Below are positions 21,801-33,814 of a stretch of 64,000 nt of DNA, piece after piece. Made by a program: the position numbers and the translations under genes. The stretch's first letter is position 1; the number at the start of each line of letters is the position of its first letter. This stretch comes from Azolla caroliniana (Eukaryota; Plantae; Polypodiophyta), in assembly GCA_043228905.1 (NCBI GenBank), contig JBHGNT010000004.1, positions 13,392,001-13,456,000 on the forward strand. The letters are read 5' to 3'. Below the pieces are notes generated by a model. The model was not told the origin of the DNA. It saw only the letters and a program-made list of their open reading frames with translations, and made no database searches.

Positions 21801-24800
21801 GGGACGAAATGGCCAACATATTGAAGAGACAGCGAGTAGTGGAGACTTAGCTGTGATGTCCCCGCGTAAAGAACCGAGGAGATGATTTACGTGCAAGGAG
21901 AAAGGCAAGAAGAAAACGTAGGAGTACGATTTCGGCAGCGCCGAGTTAATTCGGAGCGAATTTGACATCAAGCCAATCGTAAAGGAACCTTCGTAGAAGA
22001 GGTCAAAATCGGCCAAAAAGGTCGTGAAATCAGGTAATCACGAATTACGCTGATCTACCCGCCTGAAGAACCTCATGAAGAGATACGGGTACAATGAATA
22101 CATGGCACACCATTATGTGTACATGACGCGAGTGGCGGAAGTGCGTGAGCCGGGGAGCTATGCAGAAGCGGCGAGAGACGCAAATTGGCGTGCCGCGATG
22201 GAGGAAGAGATGCACGCTTTCATTGATAATGAGACTTGGGACCTAGTTGACACATCGAAGGGTGTAAAGCCGATCGGATGTAGGTGGGTGTACAAGGTCA
22301 AATACAACACGGACAACTCTGTCAACCGATATAAGGCCCGATTAGTTGCGAAAGGCTATGCGCAAAAGCACGGTGTGGATTACGATGAGACCTTCGCGCC
22401 AGTCGCGAAGATGACTACTGTGCGTGTCTTGCTAGCTGTAGCAGCGACAAAGGGGTGGCACTTACATCAAATGGATGTAAAGAATGTGTTCTTGCAAGGT
22501 GATCATGAGAAACATGTTAGGAAACAGGTCCCTCCGAATGGGAAGTGAGAAGAACAACGTCGATGAGCAAACTCGGCCGAGGCCGATAGGGAAGAGGAGA
22601 TCTACATGCAGCAACCGGAGGGATTCGTCGAGAAAGGGAAGGAGCACCTGGTATGCCAGTTGAAGAAGAGCCTCTACGGGTTGAAGTAGGCCCCCCGGCA
22701 ATGGTACCGGACGTTCGACTCCTTCATGACCGATCAAGGGTACCACAAGACGTAGGCCGATCACTGCGTGTTTGTGAAGAAGTTCGAAGGAGGCGACTTC
22801 CTGATACTCCTTCTGTACGTGGATGACATGTTGATCGTCGGACGAGACCAAGTCAAAATACGGATGTTGAAGAAGGCTCTCAACCGGACCTTCTCAATGA
22901 AAGACTTGGGTCCGGCAAGACAGATGCTGGGGATGCATATCATTTGGGACCGGTCAAAGAAGCAATCATGGTTGTCACAGGAGAAGTACGTAACAAAGGT
23001 GCTCCACTGGTTCAACATGTCAGAAGCAAAACCGGTCGGATCGACACTTCGGGAAAACTGCAAGCTATCCGGTAAGCAAAGCCCGAAGACGAAAGCAGAG
23101 AAGGCGGATATGATGAAGATTCCATATGCCTCTGCCGTCGGGAGCTTGATGTACGCAATGGTTTGTACCCGACCGGACATAGGATACGCAGTCGGAGTGG
23201 TGAGCTGGTTTATGAGCAATCCCGGCAAGGAGCACTGGAACGCGGTTAAATGGATACTCCGGTATTTGAAGGGCACTTCAAATATGTGTCTCCGATTCGG
23301 CTCCGGAAAACCTCAATTGGACGGTTTCACCGATTCGGACATGTCGGCTGATGTGGATACCAGCCGGTCTACATCCGGGTATGTAATGACATGGACGGTG
23401 CTGAGTATAGCGGCAAGCATGGACCTCAAGGTAGAGCAGCTAGACGTGAAGACGACATTCCTTCACGGTGACCTTGAAGAGGAGATCTACATGCAGCAAC
23501 TAGAAGGATTCGTGGAGAAAGGGAAGGAGCACCTGGTTTGCCGGTTGAAGAAGAGCATGTACGGACTGAAGCAAGCTCCCCGACAATGGTACCGGAAGTT
23601 CGACTCCTTCATGACCGATCAAGGGTACCACAAGACGTAGGCCGATCACTACGTGTTTGTGAAGAAGTTCGAAGGAGGCAACTTCCTGATACTCCTTCTG
23701 TACGTGGACGACATGTTGATCGTCGGACGGGACCAAGCCAGAATACGGATGCTGAAGAAGGCTCTCAATCGAACTTTCGCAATGAAAGACTTGGGTTCGG
23801 CAAGACAGATGCTGGGGATGCATATCATCCGGGACCGGCCAACAAAGCAATTGTGGCTGTCACAGGACAAATACGTGACAAAGGTGCTTCAGCGGTTCAA
23901 CATGTTAGAAGCAAAACCGATCAGATCGACACTCTCGACAAACTGCAGACTATCCGGTAAGCAAAGTCCGAAGACAAAAGCAGAGAAGACGGATATGATA
24001 AAGGTGCCATATGCCTCTAACCGTCGGGAGCTTAATGTACGCAATGGTGTGTACTCGACCGGATATTGGATACGCAGTCGGAGTGGTGAGCCGGTTTATG
24101 AGCAATCCCGGCAAGGAGCACTTCGAATTTGTGTCTCCGATTCGGCTCCAATAAACCTCAACTTGACGGTTTTATCGATTCGGACATGTTAGCTGATGTG
24201 GATACCAACTGGTCTACATCCGGGTATGTAATGACATATGCAGGGGGAGCTGTTTCATGGCAGTCGAGGTTGCAGAAGACGGTTGCGTTGTCAACCACGG
24301 AGGCGGAGTACATGGCAGTTGTGGAAGCCGGCAAGGAAATATTATGGATGAAGGACTTCATCGGAGAGCTCGGTATCCGGCAAGATGAATACCAGATCTA
24401 TTGTGACAGTCAAAGTGCCATCCACCTTGCGAAGAACGCAGCGTACCATTCTAGGATGAAGCACATCCAACATAGGTATCATTGGATCCGGGAGTAGAAG
24501 ATCGAGAGTTCGTGCTGACGAAGATCCACATGGCCGAGAACGGGTCAGATATGCTGACCAAAGTACTGATACTTGACAAGTTGGATTCATGTCGGAAGCG
24601 GATCGGACTAGTAAGACATCCCATGCCGGAGTGAAGGGGGAGTTTGGTAGGAAATAGGTCCGTCCGGATGGGAAGTGAGAAGAACAACGTCGATGAGCAA
24701 ACTCGGCCGAGGCCTATCGTGGAGTACCCGGCAACCTGATGTGGAGTACCCGGCAACGGAAGACCCGGTGAGAACCGAATGTGGAGTACCCGGCAACGGA

Positions 24801-27514
24801 AGACCCGGTGAGAACCGGATGACGAGTACCCGGCAACGGAAGACCCGGTGAGAACCGGATGTGGAGTACCCGGCAAGAGCCGGATGGTGAAGGCCCGGTG
24901 AGAAGTGCTCACCGGATGAAGGGACATATTCGTAAATATGTTTTCTGAGAGTCCATCGGGGCTATATTTGTAAATAGCCGAAAAGTCATATTAGTATAAA
25001 TATGACTTAGGGCAAGCTTAGTGATATAGTTGTTGTCAATCTTGTTGGTGCAAGATTTGAGTGCGTAACTGTGTACAAAGAGAGGGAGAGAGAGAGAGGA
25101 AGAGGTCGTTGCCTCTGTTGTAACCGCCGCATGTGGCGAAGATAGCAAGCTCAAGGTCGTTGCCTCGGTGCTTTACTATTGTACATTGTGATATAGTGAT
25201 AGTTTGCAGTCTGTGGGCTGCCGTGGTTTTTCCCTAGTTTGGGTTTTCCACGTTAACATCCTGTGTACTCTTCTCTTTACTGTGTCGTGTGTTCATTACT
25301 CGTTTTCTGTGTTTGATCCTAGCCTCGATTGTGGCCGAGCGTTGTGCTTACGGAGCGTGTATTCTTGTCAGAACAGGTGTACATGGTAAAGCCCCCCGGA
25401 TTTCTATCCGAACAAAACACCTCGGCAATTTGCCGACTAAAGAAGTCACTCTACGGACTTAAGCAATCCCTGCGAGCCTAGAATGTGAAGATTACACAAC
25501 AATTGCGTAGGATGGGGTTTACGACGTCGAAATCAGACTCTTCACTATTTGTTCGGCAAGGTCCATATGGACCGGTAAGTCTTCTACTTTATGTTGATGA
25601 TTTAGTCATCGCCGGTGCCAACCTGGATGAAATCCACCACATAAAGTCTTAGCTTGCGGCATCATTCGACATGAAGGATCTTGGAGACCTTCATTACTTC
25701 CTTTGGATCGAAGTGATCCCTACCCCTGAAGGCATATTGATCAACCAATGTCATTACGTGCTGAATATGCTCTTCAAGTTCGGGATGGCAACTTGTAAGC
25801 CCATCTCGACCCCTTTGGACAGAAACGTAAAGCTTCGCCGAGATTCGGGAAAGGCGTGCGACCTGACATGGTTTCGACAAATTGTCGGAAGCCTCATCTA
25901 TTTGACGATTACTCGGCCGGATCTCAGCTACCCGATCGACTTAATCAGTCAATTTATGTTGCAGCCTATGGCCGAACACTTTCAGTGCTTGCAAAGGATA
26001 TTGGGATATATTAGCAACACAAAGGACATGGCATTGTTGTATCAGGCAGGTGTAGCCGAATAATTGGTTGGCTACACGGATGCCGATTGGGCCGGAAACG
26101 CTAGTGATCGTAGATCCACATCCGGATACGCCTTCTCATTAGGAAGTGCAACGATTGCGTGGAGTAGCAAAAAGCATCCGATAGTGGCACTGTCGAACAT
26201 GGAGGCCGAATATCGAGAGGTGACTGTCGCTACATGCGAAGTCATTTGGCTGAAACGGCTATTATAGAATCTCCATGTAGAGGTGTCTGATCCAAAGACG
26301 ATCTATTGCGACAACCTCAACAGTATCCACTATGCGAAAAACCCGTGTTCCACGCCCGGACCAAGCACATTGAGGTGCATTAACATTTTGTCCACGTGTG
26401 GGTCCTTTTAGGTGAAGTCAAACTAGCGTATGTTTCGACTAATCGGCAGGTTGCCGACATCTTCACCAAGCCTCTTGGTCTCGACAAGTTACGACATTTC
26501 TTAGGTGAGCTAGGGTTGTGTCACCTCGACACGCTGAATTTGAGGGGGAGAAAGGAAGAACAGGAACAAGAGCATGAAAGGAGCAGAGGTGTTCATCGCA
26601 GTGGAAGTGACCGTGACGCTGAATCGGATGAAGAATTCGATTTTGGGCCGGCTGAAGAAGCCGAAGAAAAGAGCAAGGGCGATAACGATAGGGAAGAGCC
26701 AAGGATAGCTGAATCAGGGGGAGATACAACCAAGAAGGGCGTAGAGGCCAAGACCAAGACGTGGTCTGGCATAGTCAAAGGCCTAAAGACTGAAGAGGAA
26801 TTGGAGACAACCAATTCAGATGAAAGCGGAATTGAATCGGAAACGTTCAATTCAATCCAAATGTTTGATTCGGTTATTACGAATCGACTAAGGGCCAAGC
26901 GGAGAAAAGGGCAGCGAAGGATGCGCCAACACTGTGACAGCAAGGGAGCTGAGAAGGGCCGAACAAGCAGACAACCCGACTGGAAGGGTCGAAGCGCGCG
27001 GAATCGAATGTGTCGACGAGCACGAGCACGAGCGAGGCGTGAAGCCAAAAGGAACCGGAGCATAGATCCGGAAGAGCGGACGGAACCTCAAGTTGAGCTT
27101 GAGGGGGAGTGTTGAGTAACAAGCTCAACATTGGGTGCCTAATACGGCGTGTAACCTAGTGCGTAGACTGGACGCGCAAGTTAGTACGCATAACTTGGCC
27201 GTATCGGTGCGTAAACCGAAAGGCCGTTAGAGAGATATTCCTTGTAAGGAATAATTTTGGGAGTGAGTGTCGTGACTTATTTATGAGCGGTCAAGTACTG
27301 TCAGTACTTGTGTCAGCCCAATTGTCAGGGCTTGTATAAAAGGTGCTCACTAAGCACGATGTATACATAGAGCGTCATTATTTTGAAATAGAACTGAGTT
27401 GTCTGCTCTCTCTCTATGTCTCCATCTCCATCTCCATCTCTGTGTTTTCTATTTTATTTCCGAATTGTGTACTCTTCGTTTACGCACACGCTTTCGCACA
27501 CGTATTCTTTTACA
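18873..27514 (+). mobile_element. Ty1/copia element (Copia-1), full length but degenerate
   Basis: LTRs TGTTGAG...TTTACA at 18873-19280 and 27110-27514. PBS TGGTATCAGAGC (tRNA-iMet) at 19281-19292. PPT TTGAGGGGGAG. TSD ACCTT at 18868-18872 and 27515-27519. Gag LPTEKLDRSNY, IN, RT and RH fragments. Confidence 0.95.
22515..25370 (+). mobile_element. Rearranged Ty1/copia element (Copia-2) inserted in the RT of Copia-1
   Basis: 5' LTR stub 22515-~22587 is fused to mid-RT. The RT/RH-junction segment is present twice. PPT GAAGGGGGAG precedes a full 3' LTR at 24645-25370 with ~40-bp repeats. TSD (A/G)AACA at 22510-22514 and 25371-25375 restores the host QGD.E.QVYMV. Confidence 0.88.
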
Positions 27515-27981
27515 ACCTTGTGTTACATGGTTGAACCCTAACCATTAAACTATGCATTGTAATACAAAAGATATTATTTTTATTTATTATTTCAATATAG
27601 GAAATTCATATATATTCTAGATTACTCTAGAACATTCTAGAAACTTCAGGAGTACTCTTGACATCACTATAAATAGAGACACAAGGCATTATTCCGAACC
27701 AATTCGGTTCAATGCCAGTCTTAAGCATCCTAGTTATTCTTGTATCTTTCTTCATATAATATACTTCTTGTTATCATCATTCTCTCTCTCTCTCTCTTCC
27801 CCTCTCATGACTCACACACTCTTTCCCTTCTTACTACTAATCCTCATTCTTCCCCTCTATCTTTAGTACTAATTCTCCCTGCCTCTAGTACTATCCCTGA
27901 CAGTTTGAACCGAATTTCACATCTTCTCATCCCTCATTCCCTTCATACTAATCCTCTTATCCTTCCTTCCTCCAATACTTA

Positions 27982-30900
27982 ATGGCAACTGTTAGCGCTC
28001 AAGAATACCAATCTGTTTTCTCAAAGCTCTAGTGCTTCAAGAAAAGTTTGTAGCACTAGAACAAGAAAATCAACATTTGTTAGGGGATCTTCAACAAATA
28101 GCTCTAGAAAAACAACAGCATGGGGAGTTGATGTTACACGTGCAACAACTTGAAGCAACTATTGTGTCATTGCAACAACAGGGACCAAGCACTCAAGGGA
28201 CTCCCAAAAAACCCAAGATCGGTCTTCCTATGAAGTTCGATGGAACACGATCTCAGTTTAGAGGATTTCTTAATTAGGTATGGTGATTCAAATGCATCCT
28301 TCTCGATATCCTACCAACGCATCACGAGTGGGACTAGTAGGCACGTTGATTAATGACACAAATTTGGCATGGTTTGCTCCTTTGTTAGAAAAAGGATCTC
28401 CATTGTTAAATAATTTTGAGGAATTTATTAGCGATTTAAAAGCTTGTTTCGGAGACACCGATAGCATTAGGATGACAATCAATAAAATCCAAAGATTGCG
28501 TCAAGGTGATCGTCTAGCCTCATCTTATGTTGCAGATTTCCGTCTACTCGCCACCGGTATTCCCTTGGATGATCTAGCATTGATGGAGCAATTTCAATAT
28601 GGCATGCGAAATGATGCCAAAGACTTACTCCTGACTGTCCCCGAAGAACCAAAGTCGCTCACAGAGGCAATCAGTCGAGTGGTACATTGCGATAACAGGC
28701 TTTTCGAACGACGTTCAGAACGCCAGTTACAAATGCCAAGAACAAGGTCGAACCCCACATATGCCTTAGTCATAGCAAAACCATTTGCAAGGGAGTCATA
28801 TAATGCCTCTCCAGCAAATACTCCAACACCGATGGAAATCGACACCACACGTCGTTATGGACCATTATCAGAAGAGGAAAAGCAACAACGCCAAGCAAAT
28901 CGACTATGTCTTTATTGCGGTGGATCGGGGCATATTGCAATGAGCCATCTCCATAGGCCAAGAAGATAAGTAAATCAAATAGTCGCTAGTACTAAAGCCG
29001 ATTCTATTTCATTAGGAGTGTCTTATAGTCCTAATAGCCCAAGCCTATCAAACAAATTTGAAGTCCTTTGTTAAGTAGAAGAAGAGTTAAATAGCTAAGT
29101 CAAGCCAAAATAGGAGTTGTTTGGTTGGACAACTCTAGATCTGTGCAACCCATTTGTGGTTCCATTCCGTCTAAGAAAGTTAGCAAGGTCTTCCTAGATC
29201 AAGTAATAATTAGTACTAAAAGTAACCCTCCAATACATGTCTTAGCACTCTTAGATTCTAGAGCCAAATCTTGCTTCATGGATAAGAATTTTGCCCAAGC
29301 TCATCAGATATCCCTAAGAAAACTCCCTTGCCTAGCTTTTGTAGTAGTTATTGATGGTCCCCCTATTGCTTCCGGAAATATTGTAGAAGAGTCAGAGCCA
29401 ATTAGTGTTGTCCTAAATAATTTGGCGTGTGTAGTATCATTTAATATAATTAGTAGTCCAGAGCATCCAATTGTTTTGGGGTTACCATGGTTTGAATTAC
29501 ACAATCCAGACATTGATTGGAGAACAAGAGAAATCAAGTATCGACAACCTCAAGGATCTACTCATAAGATTTCAACCATTGCGCTACATCAATTGCATGA
29601 GGAAGGACACAAGGAATCAATGTTTGTATTCACAATATCAGTGAAACCTTCCAACACCACCAAGGAGGAGTCAACAATTCAACTTCCAAAGAAGTATCAT
29701 CATTACACCAACGTTTTTGATAAGTTAAAAGCTAGTACTCTTCCTCACCATTGACTGTATGATTGTACCATTGACTTACAACCAGGAAAAGAGCCACCGT
29801 GGGGACCGATCTACAACTTGTCACTGACCGAGCTTGAAGTTCTTCGAGCTTACATAGAGGAAAATTTGGCAAATGGGTTCATTCGACATTCGAAATCTCC
29901 AGTCGGCGCACCTATTTTCTTTGTCAAAAAAACAAAGATGAATCACTTCGTCTAGTCGTGGATTACCGTGGCTTGAATAAGCTCACCACCAGGAATAGGT
30001 ATGCACTTCCCCTGATCTCGAGTCTTTTAGAGAGGATTAATGGAGCAAAGTTTTTCACAAAAATCAACTTACGAGGAGCATATAACCTTGTCCGGATTCG
30101 ATTGGGAGAAGAATGGAAGACAACTTTCTACACCCGATATGGGCACTTCGAGTATACGGTTATGCCATTCGGCCTCACCAATGTGTCAACAGTCTTCCAA
30201 CACATGGAAATGATATATTCCGAGATCTTTTGGACATCTGCTTGATCATGTACTTCGATGATCTGCTAGTTTATTCAAAGACACAAGAGGAGCATGATTC
30301 TCATGTACCATTAGTACTAAGAAGACTACGAGAACATGGTCTTTATGCAAAGCTGGAAAAGTGTAGTTTTGACTGTAACTAGGTGGAATTTCTAGGCTAT
30401 GTCATCTCCTCAGAAGGCATCTCTATGGATCCAGCTAAAGTCCAAACTGTGTTAGAGTGGCAGACTCCACGTTTGTTGTGAGATGTGCAATGTTTTTTAG
30501 GATTCGCAAATTTCTATCGTAAGTTTATACAGAACTACTCAAAAGCTTATTTTGCCGCTCACACAACTTACAAAGAAGGGGTAATCGTTTGTTTGGACAA
30601 AGGAAGTAGACACGGCTTTTGAGGGTCTCAAGAAAGCATTTACATCGGCTCTTGTTCTAGCTCATGTTGATCCACAAAAACCATTTATCATTGAGGCAGA
30701 TGCATCAGATGTCGCCCTCGGTAATATTTTGTCACATCAAGGCGACAATGAGAAGCTACATCCCATGTCTTTCCACTCGCGCAAATTTGACGCCGTCGAA
30801 ATAAACTACGAGATACATGACAAGGAGCTATTAGCAATAATGGACTCTTTTGCACAATGGAGACATTTTTTAGAAGGATCTCCTCATCAAATCACTATAT

Positions 30901-31449
30901 TCAGTGATCACAAGAATCTTGCCTACTTCTAGAACTCACGTATTAAATAGACGACAAGCTCGGTGGGTGCAGTTCCTCACTCATTTCGACTTCAAGATTA
31001 CATATCATTCGGGCAAGAAACAGAGGAAGGAAGATGCATTATCACGATGCTCGTATCTAGCTCCTCGTCCTGGTGATCCGGCCTTCGACAATCAAAAGCA
31101 AGTAATCCTGGGTCTGACACGACTTCAAGCAGCGTGGGTTTTGACACTCCATTGGATTCTCGCATTATCGATACCATACGTGAAGATTTGAAGTCAGATT
31201 TTTTTCGCTCAAGCTATTCTAGATCAAATCAATCCCTCTCGAGCATCTTGTTCATAGTCACAACAACCATGTACGGATTATTGACAATTCCAATGTCACG
31301 ATGGATTACCCTTCTTTAAGAAACTTTTGTATGTTCCCAATGGTTCCTGTCACCTTCGAATAGTACAAAATTGTCATGACACATACACAACCGGACATTT
31401 TGGTAGTACTAAAATGTTGGATTTAGTACAATGATCATTTTGGTGACCT
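27982..31449 (+). pseudogene. pol: Gag-pol of chromoviral element A (multiple stops and frameshifts)
   Basis: ORF fragments 28032, 28280, 29125, 29958, 30113, 30729 and 30904 carry Gag, PR, RT and RH motifs. Confidence 0.88.
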
Positions 31450-33814
31450 CTGTCAGCTGGTTCTTATTGCTCCACGGTATGGCTCCGCTACTAAGGGAGA
31501 AGACGAATCCTTAGTTTGACCGTTTGTCGTATTTGTAGCTGGCCCAATCGACATTGGTGTACACTTTGAGTCGAATCTGTGTGGCCTATTTATAGTGGAT
31601 GTTGAAATCAATCGTCCCACTTACATAGCGTAACACTCGTTTAGCATAGTCTAGGTGAATGTTCCGTGGTTTCTACATAAACTAGCTAAGGAGGCCGCCT
31701 GTGTAGTTGAGGTCGGGCTGAGTAATGGTGAGATAGATCAGGCTTACGTGTTAGGATCTCGGTCCCTCCGAATGGGATGATGAAGGCCCGGTGAGAACTG
31801 GATAAGGAAGACCCGGTGAGAACCGGATGACGCAGACCCGGTGAGAACCTCTGTTACTGCTAAGGGCCGGACAATAGCCTAACATAGGGTGTCTACGGAA
31901 GACACTTCACCAAAGGGTGTTATGGTGAGATAGAGTTAGACCGACGATTAATTAGACCTTAATCAGTTACTTAAGCAACATATCATGAATCTTAATACAC
32001 GCGTAAGATAGAAAGTAATTAGCACAGAACGGTAATCAATACACAGAGATAAGACAATAGAGCTTTATTAATTATCCGTCCCCATTTACAATGTAACTGG
32101 GCCTTTCTATAGATCACCGGCTCTGCATACAAAACGGTGCCAACCGGCACACTAATATGAACCGGTCCGGATTCGGATCGGCATACCGATTCCGGTCCGT
32201 CCGTTCACTTCTCAAAATCTACTTAATTACTTAATATCCTAATAACTGCTTCCGATTATTCCTGCCCTTTCACATTCTGGACTATCCTCCACTCCTTGCC
32301 GACTGGCTAACACATGGCACGCCCGTGGGACAATACCTTGTACGTCGAATCCCACTATCCGGCCTTCAATCCTCGTCCAAAATGTCCAGAATGCTCTGAT
32401 CGAGGGGCTCTAAGGGTTCTTCGGAAGGCTGATCGGACCGTTGCTGCTACTGCACTTGCTATTGCTGCTCTTGTTGTTGCTGCTCCTCTTGCGGCTACTC
32501 CGTTGGCTGTGACCGTTGCTCCGGCTGTTGCTCTGTTGGCTGTTGCTGTGATCCCTGCTGCTGCGCGGTCTTCGGCTCTTCTAGGCGTTGCTCCTCTGAT
32601 GACTGTTGCGCAGCTCTTGGTGCCGGTGGTTGTTGCGGATCTTCCTCCCTTGGTTGCTCCTCCTGAGTTACATTCGATTGGCTTGTCCCGGCCTTGTCTC
32701 TGTCTGTCCCTTGCTCCGACGATGGCTCTTCATCACTGAGATTTATTGTTGCCGTGCTCTTCATCGCCTCTTGCGTAGCCTCTCCTTTTCGTAACTTTCA
32801 AACTGGATTTGGTTATCCAACCGATCATCGTCTAGTTGTGCCACTAGTTGCCGGACCACCGTTATCTATTCATCAACCAACGCTATGAAGTCCTCTGCCA
32901 ATTCATCTTTTACGGCAGCAAAGTCTTCCTTTTCCAGTTTATAGAACTCATCGCCTTCTTTATGCCGGTTTTCCACGTCCGCCCTCAGCAACTGTAGCTC
33001 GGCAGCATGCTTCGCCCATTTTGACCACCATAATACTAAGTTGTCTTCAATCAAGCGCTTTGTTCAATTCTTCCATGCATGTACAATGCACCGGATCCGC
33101 TCCAGCCCCATCTTTGATTTGTCTTCAGCGGCTTGCCGGTCATCTTTCAACTATTTGATCAGGTTCGCTGTCACCACCTCCTGGTCCTTGTAGCGCACCA
33201 ATTGATTCTGATACGTTGTTTGCACTCATTGTAAGACCATGGTAGCGCGTTCCGTTTCTGCATGATGTTGCATATGGAGTTCCATGCGTTCCTGCGCCGC
33301 TTCAGCTCGTATGGTTTCCTTCTCAACCCGTTCGTCCGCTAGTGCCGTCTCCGCCCGTTGCACTTCATTCTGTAGCTTGAACATGTTAGGAACAGTACTA
33401 AGACAGAGAAGGAATTAGTACTAAAAGAAGTATTAGTACTAAAAGAGGTGAAGAACTCTCGAGAGAAGGAAAGAGTGAGTGGAAGGGAGGGAGAGAGAGA
33501 TCGAGAGAGAGAGAGAGAGAGAGTGATGATAAGAGAAGATATATATTATGTGAAGAGAATGTACAGTAATAGCTAGGAGGCTTAAGACTGGCGTTGAACC
33601 GATTTGGTTCGAAATAATGCCTTGTGCCTCCTTTTATAGTGTTCTAAGGAATACTCCTGAAGTTTCTAGAATGTTCTAGAGAAATCTGGAATATACATCA
33701 ATTTTCTATAATAAAACATAAATGAAAATAATATTCTACGTATTACAATGTATGGTCTAATAGTCAAGAGCTCGACCCATGTAGCATAAGGTCATGGGTT
33801 TGAGTCTTGCCATA

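Larger units (their letters stand above)
18823..31449 (+). mobile_element. Tcn1/Tf1-like chromoviral Ty3/gypsy element (A); 5' LTR split by Copia-1, 3' half deleted
   Basis: 5' LTR 18823-18872 + 27520-27902 is homologous to the LTRs of element B. Gag (LPMKFDGTRSQFRGF, PTPMEID), PR (ALLDS), RT (DYRGLNK, MPFGLTN, YFDDLL) and RH (NYEIHDKELLAI) follow. It breaks off in the integrase zinc-finger region at ~31449. Confidence 0.9.

Noticed and set aside
32314-32739. Ala/Val-rich + strand ORF as a membrane or Env protein
   Set aside because: It is the reverse complement of the Q/E/P-rich tail of the D antisense ORF, so the hydrophobicity is a codon-mirror effect.
33379-33383. Shared GAACA TSD between element B and Copia-2 as target specificity
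   Set aside because: The two integrases are unrelated and other TSDs differ, so coincidence is sufficient.
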